Shown here: piece after piece, positions 36,332-46,564 of the stretch
Numbering within the stretch: position 1 is the first letter of the stretch
Layout of the letters: every line of letters starts with the position of its first letter
NCBI GenBank assembly: GCA_003388555.1
Contig: QQVD01000007.1
Coordinates: 10,030 to 74,029 of the forward strand
Direction of reading: 5' to 3'
Length of the DNA: 64,000 nucleotides
DNA from: Acidobacteriota bacterium
GTDB taxonomy: Bacteria; Acidobacteriota; Thermoanaerobaculia; Multivoradales; Multivoraceae
Notes under the pieces: model-generated
Seen by the model: the letters and a program-made list of their open reading frames with translations, nothing else
The model's database searches: none
Told to the model about the DNA's origin: nothing
Program-made: the position numbers and the translations under genes

Positions 36332-37230
36332 GCGGCCTTCGGCGCAGGTCGGCGAGCGTCGGCGGAGGCGTGACCCGGCATCGAACCGGGTCCGTGGTCC
36401 CGGATGGCTCGCCCGGAGCTGCCTCAAGGCGAAACGGGAGGCTCTGGCCTGGGCTGCCGCGGCGACCTGCGTCCGAGATCCTGCTCCCGGTGCTCGCTGC
36501 GCTGGTCTTCGTGCTGGCGGCCGCCTCGCTGGCCGCGCGCGAGGTCCCCTTCCTCAGCGGTCGCGTGGTCGACGAGGGCGGGTTCTTCTCCAGCGCCGGC
36601 CTCGAGAGCATCGAGGACAGGCTGGTGTCGCTGGAGCAGCGCGGCGCCGCCCAGATGGCGGTGCTCACCGTCGACTCGCTCGAGGGCGATCCGCTCGAGG
36701 ACTACTCGATGCGGGTGGTCGAGACCTGGCAGCTCGGCGACGCCGAGCGCGACGACGGGCTGCTGTTACTGATCTCGCGCCAGGAGCGGGCACTGCGCCT
36801 CGAGGTCGGCTACGGCCTCGAAGACCAGATCACCGACGCCCACGCCCGCCGCATCCTCGACCGCATCGTGACGCCAGCGTTCCGAGCGCGCGAGTTCGAT
36901 CAGGGGGTCCTCGCCGCCGTCGACGCCGTCGACGCCCTGCTGCAGGGGCAGGAGGTGCCGGCCCTCGCCGACGAGGAGCCGGTGACGGGCTGGCGCGTGC
37001 TGCTGGTGATCGGCCTCTTCCTGCTGCCTCTCCTCGTGGTCTTCATCGTCATGGTGACGCTCGGAGCCCGCCTCGCCCGGGGCAGTCGGGATTGGAGCTC
37101 GCGCGGCGGCTGGAGCATCCCGATCTCCCTCGGATCGGGGCGCAGCTACTCGAGCGGCAGCAGCTTCGGCGGCGGTTTCTCGGGCGGTGGCGGCAGCTTC
37201 GGAGGTGGCGGCGCGTCGGGAGGCTGGTGA
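36328..37230 (+). CDS. TPM domain protein (YgcG-like)
   Basis: GRVVDEGG..QMAVLTV..WQLG..DDGLLLLI..EVGYGLE; C-terminal GGGSFGGGGASGGW. Confidence 0.9.
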   Translation: MSGLRRRSASVGGGVTRHRTGSVVPDGSPGAASRRNGRLWPGLPRRPASEILLPVLAALVFVLAAASLAAREVPFLSGRVVDEGGFFSSAGLESIEDRLVSLEQRGAAQMAVLTVDSLEGDPLEDYSMRVVETWQLGDAERDDGLLLLISRQERALRLEVGYGLEDQITDAHARRILDRIVTPAFRAREFDQGVLAAVDAVDALLQGQEVPALADEEPVTGWRVLLVIGLFLLPLLVVFIVMVTLGARLARGSRDWSSRGGWSIPISLGSGRSYSSGSSFGGGFSGGGGSFGGGGASGGW

Positions 37231-37278
37231 GGTGGTGGAGGTCGGCGGAGCCAGCGGAGGCTGGCGTTCGTTCCCAGA

Positions 37279-37369
37279 CTCCCCCTGAAGGGGGAGGAGG
37301 CGGAGGTGCGTGCGTGCTCGCCGCCGCTCTCTCTTTCGTCACCATGGACTAGATCCGGGATCCACGCTT
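37279..37369. repeat. Family-A palindrome (copy 7) plus family-C element
   Basis: CTCCCCCTGAAGGGGGAGGAGGCGGAGG and GTCACCATGGACTAGATCCGGGATCCACGC. Confidence 0.8.
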
Positions 37370-37537
37370 GCCTGAAGCGGTAGCGTTCTGGTTGGCAAAC
37401 CCCACCTCCATCCCGGACTGAACCGGGCCTCTGATAGAGACGTACGTCCGGGCGGTACCGCTGAAATCCGACCGCCATCCGAAGTCCCGGGTGGGCCGAA
37501 GAATCGGCACACCGAAGTTCTGCAAGGAGAAACACCC

Positions 37538-37921
37538 ATGAAGGCACGTCTCACCCGCTCTCTCCTCGTCCTCGTCGCCGGCGCGGCGCTCTTCGCCGCC
37601 GGCGTGCTCTACGCCGACAACCACGTCGAGAAGCCGACCTCGGTGATCCACGTGGTGACCCTCGACTGGGCCGAGGGCGCCAGCAAGGAGGAAATCCAGG
37701 CGGCTCTCGACGGCGTCGAGACGCTGGCGGCGGAGTACGACGGCATCACCCGGGTGTGGCTCAAGAGCATCAAGTCGCAGACCAAGGACGCCGCCTTCGT
37801 CATGGAGTTCAAGGATCAGGCCGCCCTCGAGGCCTACGCCGGCAGCGACGCGCAGAAGAAGTGGTACGAGGTCTACCTGCCGGTGCGCGGTCGCAGCGTC
37901 ACCAGCGACATCACGAACTAG
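37538..37921 (+). CDS. Dabb family (stress-responsive alpha/beta barrel) protein with signal peptide
   Basis: AAGGAG RBS; VIHVVTL.W..AFVMEFKDQAALEAYA. Confidence 0.75.
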   Translation: MKARLTRSLLVLVAGAALFAAGVLYADNHVEKPTSVIHVVTLDWAEGASKEEIQAALDGVETLAAEYDGITRVWLKSIKSQTKDAAFVMEFKDQAALEAYAGSDAQKKWYEVYLPVRGRSVTSDITN

Positions 37922-38015
37922 GGCTTCGTGGTCCTTACCACGAAGTCCGTTCACATCACTCCGCGAGCGCCAGGCAGCCTGCGGCCGGGGCCACGATCAG
38001 GGTCGGAGTCGCGAG

Positions 38016-38084
38016 CCTCCGCTTCCTCCCCCTTCAGGGGGAGGACCGAGGTGGGGGTGTCTCGTGAAGCGATCCCCTTCAGGG
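38016..38084 (+). repeat. Palindromic intergenic repeat (family A), copy 8
   Basis: CCTCCCCCTTCAGGGGGAGGACCGAGGTGGGGGTGTCTCGTGAAGCGATCCCCTTCAGGG between convergent genes. Confidence 0.85.
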
Positions 38085-38199
38085 ACGCGGAACGAGGAAC
38101 GATCTCAGCGTTCGCAGGCTGACCCAACCTCAGTCGCGCAGCGCCCCAGAAACCCGCGCGCTCAGCTCAGCGCGAACTTCCCTGCGGTAGCTCCGCCCG

Positions 38200-40071
38200 C
38201 TACATCTCCTCCAGCGCCTCGATCCCGAGCAGACCCATGCCGCCGCGCAGCACGGCGAGCACCGCCTCGAGCAGCGCCAGCCGCGAGCTCCGCTGGGGCT
38301 CCTCGGCGTCGAGCACGCGATGGTCGTGGTAGAGGGCGTTGAAGCTCTGGGCGAGCTCGAAGAGCGCCGTCGCCAGGCGCGCCGGATCGTAGCTCTGCGC
38401 CGCGTCGGCCACCGCCAGCGGGTAGAGCGCCACAGCCTGCACCAGGCGCCACTCGGCGTCGCTCTCCAGCACCAGCGGTGACGGCGCGCTCCAACCCCCG
38501 GCCTCGTCCGCCTTGCGCAGGATCGAGGCGATGCGCGCGCCGGTGTACTGCAGGTAGGGCCCGGTCTTGCCCTCGAAGGCCAGCGACGAGCGTGGGTCGA
38601 ACTGGATGTCGGTCTCGCGGCCGACGAGCAGGAAGTTGAAGGTGATCGCCGACAGCGCGATCGCCAGGGCGCGGCGCTCGAGCTCCTCGTCGGGCGGCCT
38701 CTCGCCGCCGTCGCCGAGCCGCTGCTCGAGCTCCTCGCGCGCCATCGCGCGCAGCTCGTGCACCAGGTCGTCGGCGTCGACCACGGTGCCCTCGCGCGAC
38801 TTCATCTTGCCTTCGGGCAGGTAGACCATGCCGTAGCTGAGGTGGTGCACCTCGCTCGCCCACGGCACGCCGAGCAGCTCGAGGGTGGCCTTGAGCTGCT
38901 TCATGTAGAAGTCCTGCTCGGAGCCGATCACGTAGAGCGACCGGGTGAGCTGGAACTCCTCGAACTTGATCGTCGCCAGGTTGATGTCCTGGGTGATGTA
39001 GAGGCCGGTGCCGTCGCCGCGCAGCACCACCTTGTCCTGCAGGTTGCCGTGCTTGGAGAGCGGCGCGATCACGGCGCCGTTGGGCGCCTTCTCGAACACC
39101 CCGCGCTCGAGCGCGTCGAGGATGATCTCGCGGCCGCCGCGGTAGATGTCGCTCTCGTAGTAGTGCTTGTCGAAGTCGATGCCGAGCAGCTCGTAGGTCT
39201 GGGCGAAGCCGTCGTAGACCCACTGGTTCATGGTGCGCCAGAGCTCGCGCACCTCGGGATCCTCGGCCTCCCACTGCTGCAGCAGCGCACGCGCCGACTG
39301 CATCAGCTCGGACTGCTGCTGGAACTCCTCGTCGAGCTGTTCGCGCTTCCTGGTGTCGAGCTTCTCGAGCGCCGCGGCGTCGAGGCCCTTCTGCTCGTCC
39401 CAGCGCCGCCGCTCGGCGCGCAGCTCCTGGTCGAAGCGCACGTACCAGCGGCCGACGAAGTGATCGCCCTTCTCGCCGCTGCTCTGCGGTGTCTCGCCGG
39501 CGGCGAAGTCGCGGTAGGCGATCATCGACTTGGCGATGTGGATGCCGCGGTCGTTGATGATGTCGGTCTTCAGCACCTCAGCGCCCTGGCTGGCGACCAG
39601 GCGCGCCACAGCGCGGCCGAGCACCGCGTTGCGCACGTGCCCGAGGTGCAGCGGCTTGTTGGTGTTGGGCGAGACGTACTCGACCATCACCCGCTGGCCG
39701 CTCTCGCGCTCGCTGTCGCCGTACGAGGAGCCACGCTCGCGTGCCGCCGCCACCACCCGCTCGCACAGTGCGCCGCGCTCCAGGCTGAGGTTGAGGTAGG
39801 GACCGGCGGCTTCCGCCCTCGCCACCGCCGGCGACGCGGCGATCGCGTCGGCCAGCTCGCCGGCGATCTGGGCCGGGTTCTTGCGCAGGCTGCGCGCGAG
39901 CGGGAAGCAGGCCAGCGCCAGGTCGGCACCGGTGTGCTCCGGCGCCACGGTGAGCTGCACCTCGGCTGCCGGCAGCGCGCCCCCGGTGGCCTGCTCGAGC
40001 CGTTCGGCGATGTCGCGGAAGGTCGGTTCGAGGGCGGTGCCCCGGACGCTGTCTGGGTTGAGGTTCTTCAC
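38200..40071 (-). CDS. argS: Arginine--tRNA ligase
   Basis: VEYVSPNTNKPLHLGHVRN (HIGH), GKMKSREG (KMSKS-like), FEGKTGPYLQY, C-terminal GIEALEEM; start approximate. Confidence 0.96.
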   Translation of the reverse strand: MKNLNPDSVRGTALEPTFRDIAERLEQATGGALPAAEVQLTVAPEHTGADLALACFPLARSLRKNPAQIAGELADAIAASPAVARAEAAGPYLNLSLERGALCERVVAAARERGSSYGDSERESGQRVMVEYVSPNTNKPLHLGHVRNAVLGRAVARLVASQGAEVLKTDIINDRGIHIAKSMIAYRDFAAGETPQSSGEKGDHFVGRWYVRFDQELRAERRRWDEQKGLDAAALEKLDTRKREQLDEEFQQQSELMQSARALLQQWEAEDPEVRELWRTMNQWVYDGFAQTYELLGIDFDKHYYESDIYRGGREIILDALERGVFEKAPNGAVIAPLSKHGNLQDKVVLRGDGTGLYITQDINLATIKFEEFQLTRSLYVIGSEQDFYMKQLKATLELLGVPWASEVHHLSYGMVYLPEGKMKSREGTVVDADDLVHELRAMAREELEQRLGDGGERPPDEELERRALAIALSAITFNFLLVGRETDIQFDPRSSLAFEGKTGPYLQYTGARIASILRKADEAGGWSAPSPLVLESDAEWRLVQAVALYPLAVADAAQSYDPARLATALFELAQSFNALYHDHRVLDAEEPQRSSRLALLEAVLAVLRGGMGLLGIEALEEM

Positions 40072-40287
40072 TGCGTCTCTCGCGTGGCGGCGTCCACGGG
40101 CCACGAGCCACCCGCCACGGCGGCGGGCGGCGATGGGCCGGGATGCGGGTGAGTCGGCGGGGCGAACGGCCGGGCGCCAGGGCTCTAGCATCGCCGGTCA
40201 GAGCCCGGGCGGCGGGCTGGTAGCGTAGGGAAAGGCTCCAGCCGGCGCAACCTGCCCCGGGACAGTGCCGAAGGAGGTCGAGGCGCG

Positions 40288-41349
40288 ATGAAGGCCGTCG
40301 TCTACCACGGGCCGCACGACATGCGGGTCGAGAACGTCGCCGACCCGGGACTGCAGGAGCCCACCGACGCCCTGCTGCGCATCGAGCGCACCGCGATCTG
40401 CGGCTCCGATCTGCACCTCTGGCACTCCGAGGCTTTCGCCGAGGCGGTCGAGCCCGGTTTCGTGGTCGGCCACGAGTTCCTCGGCACCGTGCTCGAGGTC
40501 GGATCGGCGGTGCGCCGGGTACGTCCGGGCGACCGGGTGCTGGTCGCCTGCACCACCGGCTGCGGCGAGTGCGCGTCGTGCCGCGCCGGGCTCGCCAGCG
40601 GCTGCCCGGTGACCACGGCCGGCTTCACCCGCCAGAACGTGTTCGGTTTCTCGCACGAGCTGTGGGGTGGCCAGGCCGAGGTGGCGCGGGTGCCGTTCGC
40701 CGACGCCAACTGCTTCGCGGTGCCGCCCGATCTGGACGACGAGCAGGTGCTCTTCCTCACCGACATCCTGCCCACCGGTGAGCTCGGCGCCGAGCTGGCG
40801 CGGGTCGGCGTCGGCGAGACGGTGGTGGTGTTCGGGTGCGGACCGGTGGGCACCTTCGCCCAGCGCTGCGCGGCGGTGCGCGGCGCGGCCCAGGTGATCG
40901 CCGTCGATCTCGATCGCGACCGCCTCGCACGCGCCGAGCGCAGCGGCGCCGTCGCCCTGCATCCCGGGGACGGCGATCTGCTGGAGCGCGTGCTCGAGCT
41001 CACCGACGGGCTCGGCGCCCACTGCGCGATCGAAGCCGTGGGCAGCAGCGAGCTGGTGCACCAGGCGGCCGCGGTGGTGCGCCCCGGCGGCCGCATCGCC
41101 GCGATCGGGGTGATCCTCGAGCCGTGGCAGATCGAATGGCCGCTCTTCTTCGCCAAGAACCTCACCCTGGCGAGCGGTCTGGTGTCGCCACAGGCGTCGA
41201 TCCATCGTCTGCTGCCGCTGATCCGTAGCGGTCGGCTCGATCCGGCCGAGATCGTCTCGCACCGCTTCCCGCTGGCCGGGGCGCGCGATGCCTACGAGCT
41301 GTTCGCGGCGCGGCGTGACGGCGTGCTCAAAGTGGTGCTCGAGCCCTGA
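40288..41349 (+). CDS. Zinc-dependent alcohol dehydrogenase (MDR family)
   Basis: AICGSDLH, GHEF, CGECASC..C, GCGPVG. Confidence 0.93.
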   Translation: MKAVVYHGPHDMRVENVADPGLQEPTDALLRIERTAICGSDLHLWHSEAFAEAVEPGFVVGHEFLGTVLEVGSAVRRVRPGDRVLVACTTGCGECASCRAGLASGCPVTTAGFTRQNVFGFSHELWGGQAEVARVPFADANCFAVPPDLDDEQVLFLTDILPTGELGAELARVGVGETVVVFGCGPVGTFAQRCAAVRGAAQVIAVDLDRDRLARAERSGAVALHPGDGDLLERVLELTDGLGAHCAIEAVGSSELVHQAAAVVRPGGRIAAIGVILEPWQIEWPLFFAKNLTLASGLVSPQASIHRLLPLIRSGRLDPAEIVSHRFPLAGARDAYELFAARRDGVLKVVLEP

Positions 41350-41365
41350 GCCCGGACGCCCCGCC

Positions 41366-43771
41366 TCACTCGCTGCGCAGCACCTCGGGCAGGTCGCTGG
41401 TCACCGCCCGGCGCGCCGGGATCAGGATCGCCACCGCCGCGACCGCCGCCAGCACCAGAGGCACCGAGAGATAGGTGGCCGGGTCGTGCGGCTCGACGGC
41501 GTAGAGCACCGAGCGCAGCACGCGGCCCGCCAGCAGCGCCGCGACCAGGCCCAGGGCGGTGCCGATGCCGACCAGGGCCATGCCCTGCGCCAGCACCCGG
41601 CCGATCAGGTCGCGCCGGTCGGCGCCGATCGCCATGCGGATGCCCAGCTCGCGGCGACGTTGGGCCACCGTGTAGCTCATGACGCCGTAGAGGCCGAGCG
41701 CGGCGAGCACCAGAGCGAGCACCGAGAAGGTCCCGATCAGCCCGGCGAGCAGGCGCTCCGAGCTGGTCGCCCGGGTCACCAGCTCGTCGAGCGTCTGCAC
41801 CTGCGAGATGGCGAGGTTGGGGTCGAGCTCGGCGATCGCGGCGCGCACCGGCGCGGTGAGCTGGTACGGGTCGCCCGAGCTGCGCAGCAGGAAGAAGAGG
41901 GTGCCGACCGGCGACTGGTCGAACGGGAAGTAGGCCGCCGGGCGGGCCGGCGCGGTGAGCCCGAAGTGGCGGGTGTCGGCGACCGTGCCAACGATCTGAC
42001 GCCAGCGCGGCGGGTCGCCGCCGAAGTGGATACGTCGGCCGATCGGGCTCTCGCCGTCGAAGTAGCGCTGCACCGCCGCCTCGTTGAGGATGGCGACGTC
42101 TAGCGCGTCCTGCCCGTCGCGGGCGTCGAAGGCGCGGCCGCGAGTGAGCTCGATGCCCAGGTGGCGGAAGAAGTCGGCGTCGACCGAGCGCACCCAGGCC
42201 ACCGGGGGCTGCGCCTCGGGGTCCTGCACCGCCCCCTCGATGACGAAGTTCGAATCGCCGTCGAAGCCGGCCAGCGGCGGCGACATGGTGTGCGACACCG
42301 AGGTGACGCCGGGCAGCGCGGCGAGGCGCTCACGGGCCTGCGCCGCGAAGGCGACCCGCTGCTCGGCCTCGGGGTACTCCGCCGGTGACAGATTGACCCG
42401 CGTCATCAGCACCCGCTCGGTGTCGACTCCGAGGTCGACGCGGGTGAGGGCGAGGAAGCTGCGCACCAGCACACCGGCGGCGAGCAGCAGCACCAGCGCC
42501 AGGGCGACCTCTGCGACCACCAGGCCGGAACGCAGCCGGCCCGTGCTGCGCGCACCCAGCGCCTGCTGCATCGAGCTCTGCAGCTGGCTGCGGCTGGTGC
42601 GCAGCGCCGGCGCGATGCCGAAGATCAGGCCCGCCGCGAGCGACAGGCCGAGGGCGAAGGCGAGCACCGTTGCGTCGACGCGCGCCGCCTCGATGCGCGG
42701 CAGCTCGCCGGCGAGGCGCACACCGAGCTGACGCACCGCCAGGGCCGCGGCGCCGGTGCCGAGAGCGCCGCCGAGCAGCGACAGCGCCAGGCTCTCCGAG
42801 AGCGTCTGCCACACCAGGTGTGCCCGTCCGGCGCCGAGGGCGGAGCGCAGCGCCAGCTCGCCGCGACGCTCCTGGGCCCGCGCCAGCAGCAGGTTGGCGA
42901 CGTTGCCGCAGCAGATCAGCAGCACCAGCCCGACCGCGCCGAGCAGCACCAGCAGCGGAGCGCGCACCGAGCCGACGACGAGATCGTGCAGCGGGATCAG
43001 GCGGATCTGCACGCCTTTGTTGGCGCCGGGATGTTCCTGCTCGAGCCGGCTGGCCACCGTCGCCATCTGCTCGCCGGCGCGCTCCACGGTGATGCCGTCG
43101 CCGAGGCGCGCGACCACCCGCAAGGTGATGCAGCCGCGGCCGCAGCTGTTGCTGGGATCGATGCGCAGCGGCGCCAGCACGTCGGCGGCGCCGATGATCG
43201 GCATCTCGAAGCCGGGCGGCAGCACGCCCACCACCTCGTAGCTGTTGCCCGACAGCCGCAGCGTGCGCCCGACGACGTCGCGGTCGCCGCCGAAGCGGCG
43301 CTGCCACAGCTCGTGGCCGAGCAGCACGACGCCTTCGCTGCCGGCGAGGTCGTCTTCGGCGGTGAGATCGCGCCCCAGCTGCGGTGGCAGCTCGAGCACC
43401 TCGAGTAGGGTGTGCGAGGCCACCGCGCCGCTGAGCATCTCGGCCTCGCCGTCGCCGGTGAGGGTCGGCCGCCATCCGCCGACCGCCGCCATCTCCTCGA
43501 ACGACGTACCCTGCGCCCGCCAGTCGGCGAAGTTGTCCCACGACGTCCACTCCTGCTCGGGGCCGTCGCGCCGCGTCTCGTCCTGCCACAGGGTCACCAG
43601 CTCGTCGGCGTCGGGATAGGCGAGCGAGGTCAGCAGCACCGAGTGCACCAGCGAGAAGATCGCCACGTTGGCCCCGATGCCGAGGGTCAGGGTCAGCAGT
43701 ACCACCGCGGTGAGCAGCGGCCGGCGCCGCAGCGAACGAAGGGTCCAACGCATCTGTCGTAGCGAGCTCAT
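41366..43771 (-). CDS. Duplicated ABC permease (ADOP, MacB/FtsX-like)
   Basis: TLTLGIGANVAIFS, CGNVANLLLAR..ELALRSALGAGR, GLYGVMSY.V.QRRRELGIRMAIGA; no ATPase gene adjacent. Confidence 0.92.
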   Translation of the reverse strand: MSSLRQMRWTLRSLRRRPLLTAVVLLTLTLGIGANVAIFSLVHSVLLTSLAYPDADELVTLWQDETRRDGPEQEWTSWDNFADWRAQGTSFEEMAAVGGWRPTLTGDGEAEMLSGAVASHTLLEVLELPPQLGRDLTAEDDLAGSEGVVLLGHELWQRRFGGDRDVVGRTLRLSGNSYEVVGVLPPGFEMPIIGAADVLAPLRIDPSNSCGRGCITLRVVARLGDGITVERAGEQMATVASRLEQEHPGANKGVQIRLIPLHDLVVGSVRAPLLVLLGAVGLVLLICCGNVANLLLARAQERRGELALRSALGAGRAHLVWQTLSESLALSLLGGALGTGAAALAVRQLGVRLAGELPRIEAARVDATVLAFALGLSLAAGLIFGIAPALRTSRSQLQSSMQQALGARSTGRLRSGLVVAEVALALVLLLAAGVLVRSFLALTRVDLGVDTERVLMTRVNLSPAEYPEAEQRVAFAAQARERLAALPGVTSVSHTMSPPLAGFDGDSNFVIEGAVQDPEAQPPVAWVRSVDADFFRHLGIELTRGRAFDARDGQDALDVAILNEAAVQRYFDGESPIGRRIHFGGDPPRWRQIVGTVADTRHFGLTAPARPAAYFPFDQSPVGTLFFLLRSSGDPYQLTAPVRAAIAELDPNLAISQVQTLDELVTRATSSERLLAGLIGTFSVLALVLAALGLYGVMSYTVAQRRRELGIRMAIGADRRDLIGRVLAQGMALVGIGTALGLVAALLAGRVLRSVLYAVEPHDPATYLSVPLVLAAVAAVAILIPARRAVTSDLPEVLRSE

Positions 43772-43985
43772 GCCGTTTTCTCCCGTGGACGGTCTGGGCT
43801 CCCTCTGGGCGCCGATCCCGAGGGCGACGAGCGCAGGCTCAGGGAGTCTGCCTCATCCGGTGGCTCGAGGCCGAGGGCTTCCCTCCTCTACGCGTCGCCG
43901 CGTCGGAGGTTGAGGCGACCGCCCGCGAGGGCTCCGGCGGCGTCGAGGCGAGGGCGCAGCCGAGCTCGCGGTTCGCCTCGGCGTC

Positions 43986-46271
43986 TCAGGGCATCGCCAG
44001 CTGCGGCGTGCGACCGGCGAGGAATCCGCGCACGGCGCTGCGCGCCCGCGTCACCGACTCCTCCTGCCAGGCTTCGGCCACCGCCTTCTTGTTCTCCGGG
44101 CTGAGCGCCCACGACAGCGGCAGGCACTGCGTCGCCGGAGTCACCGGCTGGAAGCGCACCCGGCACCAGTTGCCCTGGCACTCGGCCAGCGGTCCATCGG
44201 CGCCCGGCGCGCTGACGTCGACGGGATCCTCGAACTCGCCGAAGATCTCGGCCTCGAAGTTGCCGCGCACCCGCTGGCTCGAGCCGCGGATGCCGAACAG
44301 GGCCTGCAGCGGCACGAGCACGGTGTCGACGACGCCGAGCGTGGCGCCGTCGGACACCGGCGGGCCCGCCGGATCGTCGCCGCGGACCGCAAGGCTCGTG
44401 GCCCGGGCCGCGTCCTGAGCGCTCACCTGGGCGCCGGTCTCCGGAGCGTCTTTCGGCCCGTCGTCCTGGTCGTCGGCCGTGTCGCTGTCGCAGAGGAAGT
44501 CGCGGATCTGGATCCACAACACCCGGTGTCCCTCGCTGAGCGATCCGGCGGTACGGAAGTGGTCGAGGGTGTGCAGGATGGCCAGATCGCCGGTGTTGTC
44601 GAAGTAGCCGCCGTCGACGAAATGGGTGTCGTAGACGTCCCGGGAATCGCCCGGCACCGGAGGGCGCGGCGACGGCGAGACGATCGGGAAGGTGGCCGAC
44701 AGACGCGCCGCGGTGGCGAGATCGATGTCGTAGAGGCCGGGGTGCTGCACCGCCGGGATCTTCGAGTAGTCGGCGTTGGAGATCCACGCCGGGTCGCCGC
44801 TGCCCGGCACCGTGGAGTTGAAGACCACGATCGGCCCGTGGCCGTCTGCGGCGGCGCGCGCCAGGTCGCTCAGGCGCGCCGGCTGCACCGCCGGGCGGAA
44901 CGAGGCCAGCTGTTCCTGCCAGGCGCGCTCCAGCGCCCAGCCGCGATCGGTGCGGCGCCCGTCCTGGCGCCAGCCGAAGAAGAGGCGCACGAAGTCGGGG
45001 TAGACCAGGCCCCAGGCGGTGGCGTCGAGCCCCGAGGCGGTGGCCGCGGTGCGGATCGCCTCCAGACGTTCGCGGCTCGGCGGCTCGACGAAGTGGTCGC
45101 GCACTCCTTCGAGGAAGAAGTGCGAGCCGACGCTGCCGCCCGAGGTCGAGGAGATCATGGTCAGCCCGCGCAGGAAGGGATTGGGACCGCTGGCGGCGAT
45201 CCCGGCGGCCTCCTCGGTGAGCCCGGCGAGCACCTGGGCGGTCCAGGCCGCGGCGCGGATGCCGCCGCCCTCGGCGCTGACGAAGACGAAGCCGCGGTCC
45301 GGCACCGCGCTCACCGCCGCCTCGCCGTCGGCCGCGGAGCTGTCGGAGGCTCCGCTGTCGGTGTCGGCGGCAGCGGAGAAGCGCTCGGCGATCCGGGCCA
45401 ACGAGACGCGCTCCTGGTTGGCGGCGTAGTCGACCTCGAAGGTGTGGTCGCGGTAGAAGCCGAGCGGCAGCAGGACGACGCCGCCCAGCCAGCTGCCCAC
45501 GATCACCACCAGCAGGAGCGGGAAGCGGGTGCGGTCGAGCAGGAAGGAGAGGCCGGCGAGCAGGGTGGTCACCAGCACCAGCCAGCCGAGCAGATAGTTG
45601 ATCGCCGAGCCCTCGGCCAGCTGGTAGACGTCTTCGGTCACCCGCCAGCGCCACCAGGCGATCACGTAGACCAGGAGCGAGACGGTGAGGAAGAGGGTGG
45701 CCAGGAGATGGCCGTCGCAGATCTGCAGCCTGCCCTGCGCGTCGCGGCTCACATAGCCGGGGCCGAACCACTCCAGGAAGCGCAGGAACGAGGGCGGCTC
45801 GACACTGAGCCGCGCCAGCAGCTGCTGCCGGATCACGAAGACCGCGACGATGACGAGCGTGCCGACGAGTGCCCCGAGGACCGTCGCGAGGAGCGTGCCC
45901 TGGTCGGTTCCGCGTCCCGAGGTCGCGAAGCGGTAGAGCAGCGGCGCGGTGGTCAGGGCGGTGACCGCGGCGCCCAGCGGCAGCAGACCCAGACCGCCGA
46001 AGCTCGGCAGCGGCAGCGGGTCGATCTCGAAGCGCACTGCGGAGAGCCGCCAGGTCGTCAGCAGCGAGTGCGCCAGGATGGCGCCGGCGAGCAGCGCGAG
46101 GACTGCCCCGTAGAAGGCGATCCAGGGCTCCAGCTCGACCAGGGCACTGTGCAGGGCGACGAAACCGCCCTCGCCGGCGCCGAGGCCCAGCACGGCCAGT
46201 ACCGCCAGCGCGATCAGCGCGACCCTGGCCAACCACAGATGGGCGAGCAGGCGGGTGAGGAACAGGAACAC
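43986..46271 (-). CDS. Membrane-anchored patatin-like phospholipase
   Basis: N-terminal TM bundle; SAEGGGIRAA oxyanion motif, SSTSGGS nucleophile, FVDGGYFDN; GGAGGT RBS before GTG. Confidence 0.82.
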   Translation of the reverse strand: MFLFLTRLLAHLWLARVALIALAVLAVLGLGAGEGGFVALHSALVELEPWIAFYGAVLALLAGAILAHSLLTTWRLSAVRFEIDPLPLPSFGGLGLLPLGAAVTALTTAPLLYRFATSGRGTDQGTLLATVLGALVGTLVIVAVFVIRQQLLARLSVEPPSFLRFLEWFGPGYVSRDAQGRLQICDGHLLATLFLTVSLLVYVIAWWRWRVTEDVYQLAEGSAINYLLGWLVLVTTLLAGLSFLLDRTRFPLLLVVIVGSWLGGVVLLPLGFYRDHTFEVDYAANQERVSLARIAERFSAAADTDSGASDSSAADGEAAVSAVPDRGFVFVSAEGGGIRAAAWTAQVLAGLTEEAAGIAASGPNPFLRGLTMISSTSGGSVGSHFFLEGVRDHFVEPPSRERLEAIRTAATASGLDATAWGLVYPDFVRLFFGWRQDGRRTDRGWALERAWQEQLASFRPAVQPARLSDLARAAADGHGPIVVFNSTVPGSGDPAWISNADYSKIPAVQHPGLYDIDLATAARLSATFPIVSPSPRPPVPGDSRDVYDTHFVDGGYFDNTGDLAILHTLDHFRTAGSLSEGHRVLWIQIRDFLCDSDTADDQDDGPKDAPETGAQVSAQDAARATSLAVRGDDPAGPPVSDGATLGVVDTVLVPLQALFGIRGSSQRVRGNFEAEIFGEFEDPVDVSAPGADGPLAECQGNWCRVRFQPVTPATQCLPLSWALSPENKKAVAEAWQEESVTRARSAVRGFLAGRTPQLAMP

Positions 46272-46564
46272 CGGACACCTCCCAAGACGGAATTGCGGCT
46301 CGACGCGGTCCGGACCGGTGCCCGGCGCAAAACGATCGCCGCGCGTTCTTCGGGGGCTCGCGGGCCCGGGGGCCTCGCGGACGCCCTGCCTGTCTCGTAC
46401 ACATGGGAAGACGGACGGAAGTGACCTTCTGGCGCTTCCGACGTCCACCGTCACTGCCTACGACCGGCGCCCCGACCGCTGTCTCCGAGCGCCGTCGCCC
46501 GGAATCCGGTCCGCCGCCGTCACGGTTGGCGGCAGCGGAGGGGAGGATCGTGAGGACGCCAGAG

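Noticed and set aside
37380-37530. Riboswitch or ribozyme upstream of the Dabb gene
   Set aside because: CTGATAGAG..GAAA only loosely resembles a hammerhead core and I could not build the stems; an ECF-like GAACC-N16-CGTA promoter is possible but unsupported.
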